From Malacoraja senta (lineage: Eukaryota), in the NCBI GenBank assembly GCA_038087875.1, contig CM075987.1, forward strand, positions 24,492,001 to 24,556,000: DNA of 64,000 nt. The letters are read 5' to 3'. Below the pieces are notes generated by a model that saw only the letters and a list, made by a program, of their open reading frames with translations, had not been told where the DNA came from and searched no databases. A program made the position numbers and the translations under genes. This document shows, in pieces, positions 26,580 to 40,114 of this stretch (positions are counted from its first letter, which is position 1; each line of letters begins with the position of its first letter).

Positions 26580-26818
26580 CAGCGCTGCCTTACAGCGCCA
26601 GAGACCCGGATTCAATCCTGACTACGGGTGCTGTCTGTATGGAGTTTGTACGTTCTCCCCGTGACCTGCGTGGATTTTCTCCGGGTTGGCTCGCACGCTT
26701 TGGTAAAATCATAAACTGTCCCTTGTGCGTGTAGGATAGGGTTAGTGTACGGGGATCGCTGGTCGGCGCGGACTCGGTGGGCAAAAGCCTGTTTCCGTGC
26801 TGTATCTCTAAACTAAAC
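26580..26818 (+). mobile_element. V-SINE (5' partial)
   Basis: B box-like GGATTCAATCC, V domain and tail. Confidence 0.8.
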
Positions 26819-27396
26819 GTCCTATTTTACTGCGTGTGGCCATATTATCATAGATTTTCTATTGTAATCACCATGTTTCAAATTGAAAGCATACTTTGTG
26901 ACTTTAATAACTGGCTTACAACTATAAAGGCAATTACAAAAAAATTTGTGAGGGGGTTGGGGGAGGGAAAATAACTTTCACCTTACAGTTCAACTGTCAG
27001 AGGCTAGGAACACTGTTTCCTTAAGAATAGGCTGCAGCTATTTATCTTGCATAAACAAATGTCTTCAAGCGTGGGATAGAGGTAATGAGCTGCCAGTGTG
27101 AGATAAATTTGCAGCTTGATGATATTTACATTTCATCAATCAGTTCTATGATTTTATCACCATGTAAAATCCATAGTATTCCCCTGAAGTCCATGCAAAA
27201 GTTTCACAACAGGGACATTATTCTTCAAGTCAAACGCACACCATTCCTAGAGAGTCATAAGCAACAAGGAACCATGTGAATTGGTTTGGAATTTATGCTC
27301 TCTGGACTCTGGGAGCCTGGGAATGAGATATGAATACATTCAACACTTTGATTTCCTGACACAGATGTTTACTATTAAAGCTCTATTGTCCTGTTT

Positions 27397-27690
27397 CGCA
27401 GCGGGTAGAGTTGCTGCCTTACCGGAGACCCGGGTTCGATCCTGACTACGGGCCGCTTGTCTGTACGGAGTTTGTACATTCTTCCTGTGACCACCTGGGT
27501 TTGCTCCGGGATCTTCGGTTTCCTCCCACACTCCAAAGACGTACAGGTTTGTAGATTAATTGGCTTGGTATAAATGTAAATTGTCCCTAGTGTGTGTAGG
27601 ATAGTGTCAGCGGGAGGGGATCGCAGGTCGGTGGGCTGAATGGCCTGTTTCTCTACTGTATTTCTAAACTAAACTAAACTAAACTAAACT
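27397..27690 (+). mobile_element. V-SINE
   Basis: B box, V domain and (ctaaa)n tail. Confidence 0.85.
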
Positions 27691-27859
27691 TCAGGAATGA
27701 TCAATATAGTCCAGCGTAAATCCCTTTTCATATACCTGCCCCATTCTTTTAATTCCCAAATGTGTTTTAATCTGATCACACGACAAGTTTGTTTATCAAC
27801 TCTTATTTGAAACATCCCATGTTAACATCTCTTCCAAATCTAGATAACAAATGCACATT

Positions 27860-28175
27860 GATGCAGCTGGTAAAGTTGCTGCCTCACAGCGCCAGAGACC
27901 CAGGTTTGATCCTGACCTCGGGTCCTGTCTGTGTGGAGTTTGCACGTTCTCCCTGTGACCGCATGGGTTTTCTCCGGGTGCTCCAGTTTTCCCGCGCGTC
28001 CCAAAGATGTCCAGGTTTGTGGGTTAATTGGCTTCTGTAAACTGCCCCGAGTGTGCAGGGAGTGGATGAGAAAACATGATAATATAGAACTAATGTGAAC
28101 GGGTGATCACTGAGCAGGGTGGACAAGGTAGGCCGAAAAGCCTATTTCCAGGCTGCATTTCTAAACTAAACCAAA
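27860..28175 (+). mobile_element. V-SINE (older subfamily)
   Basis: V domain and tail gtggatgagaaa...ggccgaaaagcctatttcc. Confidence 0.8.
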
Positions 28176-30144
28176 TCTAGTAAGTATATATATTAAACTT
28201 TATAGTAAGTATACGTGAAGTCTGGAAAATAGTAAATTCTCATTAAATTTCGATTCTACCGACATTTGGAAATGTACAAATTGATCTCGTTGTTCCACAC
28301 CCTGTGTTTTACTTTTTAAAATCTTTTATCTTTTAGAACTACAGTTGAAAATAATATTAACTTGTTTCTCTGAAATCTACGCAGAATGATAAACTTCATC
28401 TCACTTGAGAAGCACTTTGATAGAATAAAGCTTTATCCAATATAAATGGAAATATTATACAATGTCTGCAACTCGTGTAAAATTATAAACCCCATGTACA
28501 TGAGCATAACTGAAAAGCAATGCAATGGAATGACTATCTCAATAATTTATTTCAGCAGATCATTGCAGCTATGTACTGTTTGTTAATAGAGGAGCATCAG
28601 GTTTGGCGGCTTAGCATAGAACATAGAAAAGTACAGGAATAGGTGACGTTTCGGGTTGAGACCCATCTTCAGACTGAAGAAGGGTCTCGAACCGGAACGT
28701 GACCTATTCCTTTTCTCCTGTCTCAGAGGGCGTTGGAGGCCGGTTCTCTGGATACTTTCAAGAGAGAGCTCGATACGGCTCTTAAAGATAGTGGAGTCAG
28801 GGGATATGGGGAGACTGATTGGGGATGATCAGCCACGATCACATTGAATGGCGGTGCTGGCTCGAAGGGCCGAATGGCCTACTCCTGCACCTATTGCCTA
28901 TTGCCTGCCTGAACCGCTGAGTTACTCCAGCATTACATAGATACGTAGACAATAGGTGTAGGAGTGGGCCATTCGGCCCTTCGAGCCAGCACCACCATTC
29001 AATGTAATCATGGCTGATCATCCACAATCAGTACCCCGTTCCTGCCTTCTCCCCATACCCCTTGATTCCACATTTTGTGTCTATCTTCAGTTTAAACCAG
29101 CACCTGCAGTTCCTTCCTATATAGAAAAGTGCAGCACAGGAGCAGGCCCTTCAGCCCACAATGCCTCTACCGGATATGACGCCAAAATAAACTAATCTCA
29201 TCTGCCTGCACATGATCCATATTCCTCCATCCTCTGCACATCCACATGCCTATCTAAAAGGCTTTTGATGTTCACGCAGAGATTTAAAAAATATTGAAAA
29301 GGTAAAAAAATAACAAAAGAAGCAGAAAAAATTGATTACATTAAATTGCTAAAAACACAGTTGAGTGGGGATATTTCATAAGTTCATCCGTTCTCGGAGC
29401 AGAATTAGACCATTCGGCTGATCAAGTCTACTCCGCCATTCAATCATGGCTGATCTATCTTTCCCTCTCAACCCCATTCTCCTGCCTTCTCCCCATAACG
29501 CCTGACACCAGCACTAATCACTTTCAGGGTAAGGCATCTAAAAATATGAACATCTAAAAAATACTGCAGATGCTGGAAATCTCAAATTAAAAACAGAAAA
29601 GGCAGGAAAACCTCAGCAAGTCAGGCAGCATCTGCGGTAAGAAAAGCAGTCAATGTTTTAGAAATGAGAGTGTTTCAGATGAGGGAATCCTTCCTCAGGC
29701 CTGAAATGTTAACAGTTTATTTTTCCACAGATACTGCCTGATCTGCCATTGCCAATGGCCTAAAACAGATACAAAATGCAGGAGTATCAGTGGGTGAGGC
29801 AGCATCTCTGGAGAACATGCATGGGAAACATCACCTATCCATGTTCTCCAGAGATGTTGCCTGACCCAGTGAGTTACTCCAGCTCTTTATATCTTTATTT
29901 GTAAGCCAGCATCTGCAGTTCCTCGTGTCCACATTAAACAGGCCTAGCAGTTGATTATGATGGTAACAGTCGCTATGAAGCCATTTGGACCCATCCCATC
30001 ACACACGCACTCCCTTTCTTCTACACATCCTTCTCACCACTCCTCTCCAACTGAAATCCTACTTGCATCTCTCTCTCTTGCAGATCTGATAAATAGTTGC
30101 AGGCTCAAAATGTCGGCTGTTTCTCTTTCCACAGATACTGCCTA

Positions 30145-30320
30145 AGGGCGGCACGGTGACGCAGCGGTAGAGTTGCTGCCTCACAGCGCCAGAGACCCTG
30201 GTTCGATCCTGACTACGGGTGCCGTCTGTATGGAGTTTGTTCGCTCTCCCCGTGACCGCGTGGGTCTTCTCCAGGTGCTCCGTCCGGTTTCCTCCCACAA
30301 TCCAAAGACGTGGAGGTCTG
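30145..30320 (+). mobile_element. V-SINE 5' half
   Basis: A/B boxes and V domain. Confidence 0.82.
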
Positions 30321-30663
30321 CAGGACCGGCAACTGGGGCTTCGTTACGATATTTGGTGTAACTTGCAACAAATGCACAATTTCTCCAACAAGGGAGTATT
30401 TCTTCAGAGCTACATAGCTACCGCTGAGCCACCGTGCTGCCGTAAGATGCTTGGAAGCATAGCAACTGTCCCCGAGTACTTTGGTTCTGATGCGCTCATC
30501 TACAGAGGTCGTAGTACTAGTTGGCCACATTCCTTAAACTGGGGAAAAATTACGCATAATTAACTTAAATATCATGGTGTTATTCAAATGATGATGCACA
30601 CTGATGATAAGCAGGAACAATGAATGCATCCAATTAAGGAGTTGTATGATACCCCTCAGGAAT

Positions 30664-30995
30664 GGTGGCATGGTGGCGCAGCGGTAGAGTTGCTGCCTGA
30701 CAGCGCCAGAGACCCGGGTTCGATCGTTACCACGGGTGCTGTCCGTACGGAGATTGTACCTTCTCCCCGTGGCCTGTGTGGGTTTTCTCCGGTTGCTCCG
30801 GTTTCCTTCCACGTTCAAAAGACGTGCAGGTTTGTAGCTTAATTGGTTTTGGTAAGTTGTAAATTTTCCCTAGTGTGTGTAGGATAGTATTAGTGTACAG
30901 GGATCGCTGGTCAGCGCAGACTCGGCGGGCCGAACGGCCTGTCTCCGTGCTGTATCTCTAAACTAAAATAAAGTAAACTGAACTAAATTTAACTA
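30664..30995 (+). mobile_element. V-SINE, full length
   Basis: A/B boxes, V domain and tail. Confidence 0.88.
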
Positions 30996-31425
30996 AAACC
31001 ACTAACAGACTTTAGATCCTCTTGTGTCTTTGGATCTACACGAACGACAAATTGTAAATACATTTCAGCCAAATACAACGAGGCTCTTCCAATTTGTGAC
31101 AATTTGGCAACATTTGCTAATCATTATATCCACTTGCCTTCAGATATTAACCACTCTGACATAAACAATGGGGGCTCCTTTCCCAGTTATTCTTTCAGAA
31201 TGAAAGAAAATCTATTAATTATGTGTAAAGTTGGAACACAATGAGTCACTGACTGGTTTAAATTAACGATTTCACATCCACACCTCAGAACAGTCAAAAC
31301 TGAGGAAAAGCCTGACTAAGGAAATCCCAGTGAAATGTCTTTGCTTGAAGTAAAGCTCGTTATTATTTCACCACTCTCTTATTTCCAAAGTGTGGCGATG
31401 TTGACAGGCCAGTGGTTGGGCTGGG

Positions 31426-31980
31426 ACGGCACAGTGGTGCAGCTGGTAGAGTCATGGCGTCGTGGAGTCATAGAGTGATACAGAGTGGAAACAGATTCCT
31501 CAGTCCAACTTGCCCACACCGGCCGACATGTCCCATCTACACCAGTCTCACCTGCCCGCGTTTGTCCCAGATCCCTCCAAACCTGTCCTTTCCATGTGCC
31601 TGTCCAACTGTTTCTAAAACGTTGGGGCAGTCGCTGCCTCAACGACCTCCTCTGGTAGCTTGCTGCATGCACCCACCACACTTGTGTGCAAAAAAATTTG
31701 AGCTGCTGCCTCACAACGCCAGAGACCCAGGTTCGATCCTGACCTCGGGTGCTGTCTGTGTGGAGTTGACTATGCTCCCGACAAACACAATGGTTGCCTT
31801 CACACACTCCAGTTATCCCAAAGTTGCGTTGGTTTATTGGTTGAATGGTTGCTGTAAATCGCTCCCAGTTTGTCGGTGAGTGGATGAGAAAGTGGGACAA
31901 TACAGAATTCGTGTGAACAGGAGATCGATGGTCGAAGTGGACACGATGGGCCGAAGGGCCTGTTTCTATCCTGTATCTTT
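31426..31980 (+). mobile_element. V-SINE interrupted by a minus-strand CR1 3' end (~31465-31697)
   Basis: Head ggcacagtggtgcagctggtagag resumes at gagctgctgcctcacaacgccagagacc. Confidence 0.75.
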
Positions 31981-32074
31981 CGATGATTCAGTGGTAGAAT
32001 TGTTCAATACAATTGACCAATACATTACATGCTGGTACATCCAGCCTTTGGATAATTAGGTAGGAAAGAACTGC

Positions 32075-32337
32075 AGAAACAGGCCCTTCAACTCAACCAG
32101 TCATCCCCGCACATTAACACTATCCTACACACACTAGGGACAATTTACAATTATACTAAGCCAATTAGTCTACAAACCTGTAGGGTGTGGGAGGAAACCG
32201 GAGATCCCCGGAGAAAACCTACACAGGTCATGGGGAGAATGTACAAACTCCGTACAGACAGCACCCGTAGTTAGAATCGAACCCGGGTCTCTGGTACTGT
32301 GAGGCAGCAACTCTACCGCTGCACCACCGTGTCGCCC
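32075..32337 (-). mobile_element. V-SINE
   Basis: A/B boxes and V domain. Confidence 0.83.
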
Positions 32338-32608
32338 TTAACTGATATCAGGTTGGTACATAAATTGAAAAGTTGATCACGTTGAAAAAAGTTGTTCAGT
32401 ACTTAAGCATTATTTGTTCCTTCGTGACAAGACAAGGTAACTGGTCTATTTGTCAGGCTGATGTGAAAGCAGTTCCTCAATGGTTATTGTGTTAGTCATT
32501 GTGTTCTTTCAGTGTGTCTCTGATGCAAGGTCTCAAATCATCCCGGTTCACTCACACACTGCCCCACAATATCCACGCGTTTAATTTGACTTAATGTTGA
32601 ACTTTCAA

Positions 32609-32768
32609 ATACACACACACATAAACACACACACACACACACACACACGTACACGTACACACATACACACACACACATATACACACATACATACATACAC
32701 ACACCCATATACATACCCACACACGCACACACATACACACATACACACACACACATAAACACACACAG

Positions 32769-32806
<38 letters not shown>

Positions 32807-32980
32807 ACACGTACACACATACACACACACACACATATACACACATACATACATACACACACCCATATACATACCCACACACACGCACACACATACACAC
32901 ATACACACACACATAAACACACACAGAAACACACACACACACACATACACACATACACACACACACATAAACACACACAG

Positions 32981-33014
<34 letters not shown>

Positions 33015-33146
33015 ACACACACACACACACACACGTACACACATACACACACACACACATATACACACATACATACATACACACACCCATATACATACCC
33101 ACACACACGCACATACACACATACACACACACATAAACACACACAG

Positions 33147-33238
<92 letters not shown>
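32609..33238. repeat. Compound (CA)n microsatellite with higher-order units
   Basis: CA repeats with recurring interruptions (cataaac, cagaaac, cccatatacataccc). Confidence 0.95.
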
Positions 33239-33240
<2 letters not shown>

Positions 33241-34283
33241 CTAGTTCTCAACTGGACACAGCTTCTAAACAAAACTTCTTTCTGGACGGACGGAGTTACG
33301 TGTAAAATCTCACTGGGTTGTTTTTGTCTGTTCTCCGAGAGCATATGGGTAACAGACAACTGCAAACCCCCCCCCCCCGCTGCATTCCTCCCTCCCCAAG
33401 CTTGACAATTGCAGATGGGAGCTTAATTAGGAACCCACAAGTTTTAAGAGGGAGAGCAATGTTTACTGGTAAACCGCAAAAAATTCCCAGCTGTCGAACA
33501 TATGCAATGTATCTGTTCAGGGCAGAAGCCTTGCGATTATGCGAAGGCAACAGATCAAGTGGGTGCAGGTACACTCTCACTCCTGTCTTAGCAGGGGTTG
33601 GGCGTGGCGAGACCCGGACTTAATTACAAAAAAAAACTGGAGACAAATCCAGTGGTCGAAGCAGGCGGCCTCATCCAGCTCCATCCTTCTGCAGTCCGAC
33701 AACATGCTCCTCTTAAACTAAAAGCAGCCCAGCCTGCCTTCTCCACAGAGACCCCAGTCAAATAAGTTGAAGGAGGAAATATAGCGGTGGAAACAAAAAG
33801 GGTCTTTATTGAGTGCTGGCTTCGCTCTGTGGGATCGCTCCCGCCACTCTGATTACATCTGCAGGCAGGACGGAATACACTCGGTCCTGTATTGTGTTCC
33901 TTCTTCATTCGTATGGCAACTCAAATCTCACTGTACCAATTGGGTGCACGTGACAATATATGGAACTTGAACTTGAATATAAAAGCGAAGGCGACTTCAG
34001 GCGAGGAAGGAACTAGATGATGCGTGGAGATGGCTGATCCCAGAAGGTCCCGCGATCCATTCCATCGACCGAGGTGCAGCGAGCGCGGCTGTGAAGGGAA
34101 AACGCCGCGGTGGAAGTGTGTATTACACCGATATAAACTTGCAAACGGCGCTCCCCGGGGCTTCTACACAGACAGAGGGATTCTTCTGATTGTGGGGATG
34201 GAGAGGTTCATATGACACTCACTCTAGCAACAGCTGTGCCGAACTGCGCAATGACCACCACACACTTTACCTCAGTTTGCTTT

Positions 34284-34470
34284 AGACAATGGACAATAGG
34301 TGCTGGAGTAGGCCATTCGGCCCTTCGAGCCAGCACCGTCATTCAATGTGATCATGGCTGATCATCCTCAATTAGTACCCCGTTCCTGCCTTCTCCCCTG
34401 ACTCCGTTATCTTTAAGAGCCCTATCTAGCTCTCCCTTGAAAGTGTCCAGAGAACCAGCCTCCACCGCTC
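34284..34470 (-). mobile_element. CR1 LINE 3' end
   Basis: 3' stem-loop and C-terminal codons. Confidence 0.82.
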
Positions 34471-34486
34471 TTTGCTGTTACCTTCT

Positions 34487-35888
34487 ATAGGTCAGGTCGG
34501 GGGGAGTTCCCCCCCCCCCCCCCGCCACGGGTACCATGTAATCCCGTGCTACCTGCTCCATGGTCGGATAGTCGGCGACTAAACCGTCTCCCCCACCTGC
34601 TTTGCCAGGTGAGGAGGGGGCTGTGGACCCCCAGCAAGACCAAAAACAAGACTTGTCAAAGGGCGGATGATCTCCTAGCGAGCCAACGGCCATCCACACT
34701 TCAGTAGAAGTTACGACCACTGTCGTACACGGCATTGTAAGCAGGCACGGAAATCGCTATCAAAACATGAGGGGGACAGGGGGCGCAATTTCTTGGCGGC
34801 CGCGCGCGAGCGCACACACACACACGAGGCTTCGGAGGCTTCAGCCATGGGCCCTATGGACGGTAATTAGTGATGGGTGCCGGCAGTCACCGAAAAAATC
34901 GCATAAGGCCCACAGCCAGCGCGGAGAAGCAGCGCTAAATGCAGCTCAACTCTGCCTGTCTCGCCGGGTTAACCTACAGCCCTGCCTGGACTGACGGGAC
35001 ACCAGTCCAGAGCCGTGGAGCTAACGCTGCTTCTCCGCGCTGGCTGTGGGCCTGGGGGCACCGCTCCCGTCTGACTTCCGCCGTCTCTGGCCACCCCCGG
35101 GCGTGGGGGGGGGGCACTCGGGTGGGGACGGGGATGGTCCAGTGGCGGTGCGGCAGCGATTGCAGACCCGGGATCGATCCTGGCTGCGGATAAGGCGCAG
35201 GTCTGTGTCCAGGGCTGCCGAGAGTGTTTTATCGCTTGACCTAGGCAAGCAATTCAAGCTCCGCTCTGATCTTTGCTCCACGGTCGTCTCCCTCCACCAA
35301 TCACCGCGCTCTATCCTCAGTCCAAACCCCTACTTCCGCCTCTGACCGACACTTCCCTCCACCAATCATCGCGCTGAATTATACAACACAATATATACAA
35401 TACAATACAATTTATTTGTCATTTGGACCCCGTTGAGGTCCAAACAAAAATGTCGTTTCTGCAGCCATACATTTACAAAACGAAGAAGACCCGAGACACA
35501 ACACAATTTACACATACATCCATCACAGCGCTGTGATGGAAGGCAAAAAAAAACTTATCTCTCCACTGCACTCCCCCCCCCCCCCGATGTCAGAGTCAAA
35601 GTCAAAGTCATGATTCCGCCCCATTGCTGCTGGCGACGTCTCTCTCGTCCAATCGGCGTCCTCGATCAGCAGTCCCACCCCCACTGTCTCGCGGAAAGCG
35701 GAGATTTCTCCGGTTTTAAAATCCGGATTAGATAAAATGGGGGGGGGGGGGGGGGTAGTCCCCCGCCTCTCACAACAAGCGGGGACGTGTCCCCCCTGCC
35801 CCCCCCCCGGGATTTCCGCCCCTGATTGTCAGGAATGAAGATAAACAAGAAATATAATTCTTCCCTCTCCTTGCTTCTCAAAAGAGTT

Positions 35889-35926
<38 letters not shown>
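34487..35926 (+). mobile_element. Unclassified short retroposon (~350 nt, (TAA)n tail) carrying a nested hAT element
   Basis: TSD TACCTTCT at 34479-34486 and 35927-35934. (TAA)n tail at 35890-35926. Confidence 0.6.
34742..35824. mobile_element. Non-autonomous hAT-like DNA transposon, CpG-rich
   Basis: TIRs caggcacggaaatc / caggggcggaaatc (reverse complement). 8-bp TSD attgtaag/attgtcag. Confidence 0.72.
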
Positions 35927-35929
<3 letters not shown>

Positions 35930-36399
35930 CTTCTCCCAGCTAACAAACTGAAGAAGGGTCTCGACCTGAAACATCACCTATTTCCTTCGCTCCATAGATG
36001 CTGCCTCATCCGCTGAGTTTCTCCAGCATTTTTGTCTACCTTCGATTTTTCCAGCATCCGCAGTTTCTTTCTTAAACAACTGAATCTGGAGGTGTGCGTT
36101 TTCACACTTCTATGCCTTTTGCCCGATGGGAGAGGGGACAAGAGGAAGTGGCCGGGGTGCAAATTTGTTGAGATATTAAATTTTACTTCTTAATACTAGA
36201 GAGGTGGCTTGGTGGCATATTTAGGGGCACTGAGAGGGGGGGGGGGCCTTCTGGTGTGCTATGCTAACAAGTAGCTACATGAACCACTATCATCTATGCC
36301 CATGGAATGAATGGGTAGAGCAATTCCATATCATGCGTTGCATGGAATGAAGTACATACAATTATGAAAGGCCTGGATAGGGTAGACAGTCAGATCAAA

Positions 36400-36842
36400 A
36401 CAATGGCCAGGAAAGGACACCAACATCAACACCAAGGCAAGAGAGATAGTACTCGACTTCAGGATGTGAGGTGGTACACATATCTCAGTTTGCATTGGCG
36501 GGGCTGAAGTACAGATTCCTAGGAGTCAACATCACCAACAGCTTCTCCTGGACCACCCATATTGAAGCAACGACCAAGAAAACGCACCAATGCCTCTACT
36601 TCCGTAGAAGACGCAGGAAGTTGGGCAAGTTCCCAACAACTCTCACCAACTTCTACAGATGCGCCATGGAAGCATTTTATCGGGATGGATCGCAGCTCGG
36701 ATTGGGGAACGGCTCCAGCCAAGTTCCGCAAGAAATTGCAGAGAATTGTGGACGCAGGCCATCGCACAAACCAACCTCCCTTCCACTGACTCCATCTACA
36801 TTGCACAATGCCTCGGCGAGGCCAGCAGCATAGTCAAGGACT
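36400..36842 (+). mobile_element. Rex1/Babar LINE RT C-terminal fragment
   Basis: FLGVNITNSFSWTTHIEATTKKTHQCLYF...TLTNFYRCAME...LPSTDSIY..CLGEASSIVKD. Confidence 0.82.
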
Positions 36843-37431
36843 AACGATGAGCGGTTCAGACCAGGTTTCCAGCTGAACGTGAGTTTGTCAGCTGTTTTTC
36901 TAATGTTTGTTTATGCCTTCTGGCAGGTAGCAATAAAGGCACTCAGGTGGACAAACTTTCAGAACCCTTCCCATAACGACAGCCAGTTGCAGGGAAGTCA
37001 AAGAGAGTTGCAGGAGAGAAAGTCCAAGTGAACTTCAGTCAAATTTTTAAAGAGCTATAAACATTTTCAGCAATCTTTCAAAACAATATCTGATGACCCT
37101 GCCATGTCTTATTGGATCATAATTCTTTTATTCCCACTTCTATTTACCCTGTCCATGTCGGCATTTGAATAGTTGTCTTCTAACGCTGTTCGTCTTCCCA
37201 CACGGTTGCTGCTGCCACAGTGGCCAAGGTTCAATCCTGACGCTGGCTGCTCTCTCTATGGAGTTTGTGCTCCCCGTCACTGACTTCTATGGGTGATTGA
37301 TTGATTAATTAATTGATTGATACTTAATGTCACAGTGAATCTCTTTGTTTTGCACACAGTATACAAGATATGCAAAGAGTCGCCACCTATAGGGGCCGAC
37401 ACAAAAATGCTGGAGTAACTCAGCGGGACAG

Positions 37432-37675
37432 GAAACACTTTTTCTCACAGAGAGTGGTGAGTCTGTGGAATTCTCTGCCTCAGGAGGGCGGTGGAGGCAG
37501 GTTCTCTGGATGCTTTCAAGAGAGAGCTAGATGGGGCTCTTAAAAATAGCGGAGTCAGGGGATATGGGGAGAAGGCAGGCACGGGGTACTGATTGGGGAT
37601 GATCAGCCATGATCACATTGAATGGCGGTGCTGGCTCGAGGGGCCGAATGGCCTACTCCTGCACCTGTTGTCTAT
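37432..37675 (+). mobile_element. CR1 LINE 3' end inside a Penelope-derived fold-back element
   Basis: Host cagcgggacagg... resumes at gacaggcagcatctc near 37794. Confidence 0.8.
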
Positions 37676-38299
37676 CTCATGGTTCATACCTGCATACGTT
37701 CTAGGAGCAGAATTAGGCCATTCGGCCCATCAAGAGCATCCAGCCGAATGCCACGTCCAGAGCACTGATTCAGTCTATTTTCTATTGTCTATTGACAGGC
37801 AGCATCTCTTGACAGAAGGGATGGATGACGTTTCAGGTCGAGATGCTTCTTTTCTCCAGAGGTGCTGCCTGTCCCGCTGAGTTACTCCAGCATTTTGTAT
37901 CCATCAAATGATTACTTCCTTGAATTATTTCACACTCTCTTCAAGATGTCACATTTTGATCAAAAGAAAAAAATATTTTCCCTCAGGAAAGGAGATTTAA
38001 ATTATTGTCCTCACTTTCTTTGGATCCCAGATATTATTCAGCCCGTTCCTCCCTAACCCCAGAAAGGTTGAAGTAAATTCTCAGCCGCAGTCCACATTGC
38101 CCTCTGCTGTTGCCACCAACTGGTGTGATATATCTCTCGCACTGTCTGTTTCTCTTTGGTGACTGCCGCCTTCAACACCACCTATTTCTTCAAGGAGGAA
38201 ACCATGCAATGCAACCCTTACAATAAACAGCTCTTGCCCTGCAAAGTGCTCCATCTAGTGGCCCAGTCTGCAACTGCCCAAATATCAATGCGAGCAGTC

Positions 38300-38940
38300 G
38301 TGCAGAGTGGAAACGGGCCCTTTGGCCCAACTTGCCCACACCGCATGTTCCATCTACACTAATCCCACCTGCCTGCGTTTGGCCCATATCCCTCTAAACC
38401 TGCCCTGTCAATGTTTCTTAAATGTTGCAATAGTACCTGCCTCAACTACCGCCTCGTCACTGAGTCATAGAGTGATAGCGTGGAAACAGGCCCTTCGGCC
38501 CGACTTGTCCGCACTGGCCAATATGTCCCAGCTACACTAGTCCCACCTGCCCGCGTTTGGTTCATATCCCTCCAAACCCGTCCTATCCATGTACCTGCCT
38601 AACTGTTTCTTAAATGTAGGGATAGTCCCTGCCTCAACTACCTTCTCCGGCAGCCGTTCCATACACCCGCCACCCTTTGGCGTGGAAAAAGTTACCCCTC
38701 AGGTTCTTTATAAAATCTTTCCCCCTTCACCTTAAACCTCTGTCCTCTGGGTTCTCGATACCCCAACTCCGGGCACGAGACTCTGTGCGTTTACCTGATC
38801 TATTCCTCTCATGATTCTGTACACCTCTAGTAGATCGCCCCTCATCCTCCAATGCTCCAAAGCGATAAAGTCCTAGCCTGCTCAACATCTCCCTATAGCT
38901 CAGGTCCTCGAGTCCTGGCAACATACTCGTAAATCTGCAC
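38300..38940 (-). mobile_element. Tandem CR1 LINE 3' fragments
   Basis: RFTSMLPGLEDLSYREMLSRLGLY and two 3' ends. Confidence 0.8.
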
Positions 38941-39493
38941 TGTCCAGCGTAGTGAGTTGTGAAGACAGAATCTTCAAGTCTTTTCCCTTCTCGGACCCTG
39001 GGAATGAGCACGATGTGCTCCAAGTCAATGGATCTTTTTAGGGCGGAAATGGACAGATTCTTGATTAGTACGGGTGTCAGGGGTTATGGGGGGGAAAGCG
39101 GGAGAATGGGTTTGAGAGAGAAAGATAGATCACCCATGATGGAATGGCGGAGTAGACTTGATGGGCCGAATGGCCTAATTCTGCTCCTATCACTTATGAA
39201 CTTTATAACTTAATCCTTTCAGTAACCGAACCCCTACATTCCCTCCCTATGAGGCTCTGAAAGTGACATTCCTTCATCTGAGTAATATTAATGTCCGTAA
39301 TCTGAACTGGACCCTTGTGTAAAGATGTTACTTATGGTTAGCATTCTTGGTGGCTCATGTGTTACCTCAATAAAAGATATTTACTCTTGGCACAAAGGGG
39401 AGCTTCAACTTTATTTCTCATTTCTATCATGTTTATCTGCAAAGCATCTAATGGTCTGTCCCGATGCCAAAAACAAGACAATTAGAAATTGGT

Positions 39494-39808
39494 GCGGCAC
39501 GGTGGCGCAGCGGTAGAGTTGCTGCCTTACAGCGCTTGCAGCGCCAGAGACCCGGGTTCGATCCTGACTACGGGGGCTCGCCTGTACGGAGTTTGCACGT
39601 TCTCCCCGTGACCTGCGTGGGTTTTCTACGAGATCTTCGGTTTCCTCCCACACTCCGAAGACGTACAGGTTTGTAGGTTAATTGGCTTGAGTTTGTATAC
39701 TTGGTATACTGTAAGTGTCAATTGTTCCCAGTGTGGGTAGGGTTGTACTACTGGCCGGTGGGCTGACGGGCCTGTTTCTGCGCTGTATCTCTAAACTAAA
39801 CTCAACTA
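39494..39808 (+). mobile_element. V-SINE (cagcgcttgcagcg variant)
   Basis: A/B boxes, V domain and tail. Confidence 0.88.
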
Positions 39809-39817
39809 AAAGTGTAA

Positions 39818-40114
39818 AGCCCCTGTCCCACTTTCCCGAGTTACTCACGAATTCTCCCGAGTTTTCCCCTTGATTCAAACTCGGAGAATGTCCGTAGCCA
39901 GTCCGTAGGAGGCCGTGGATATATCGTAGCGGCTCGTTATACCAGCCGTAGGTACTCGGGGCATCAGGTAAGTCCGGATGTTTTTTCAGCATGTTGAAAA
40001 ATGTCCACAAGTAAAAAAAATAGCCCGAGTACCTACGGCTGGCGTCTCCGAGTTTGAATCAAGGGGAAAACTCGGGAGAATTCGTGAGTAACACAGGAAA
40101 GTGGGACAGGCTCT
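39818..40114. mobile_element. PIF/Harbinger-type MITE
   Basis: Long TIRs agcccctgtcccactttcc.../...ggaaagtgggacaggctct with TAA TSD on both sides. Confidence 0.8.

Noticed and set aside
32538..33365. Long Cys/Val ORFs (209-275 aa)
   Set aside because: Translations of a CA/GT microsatellite.
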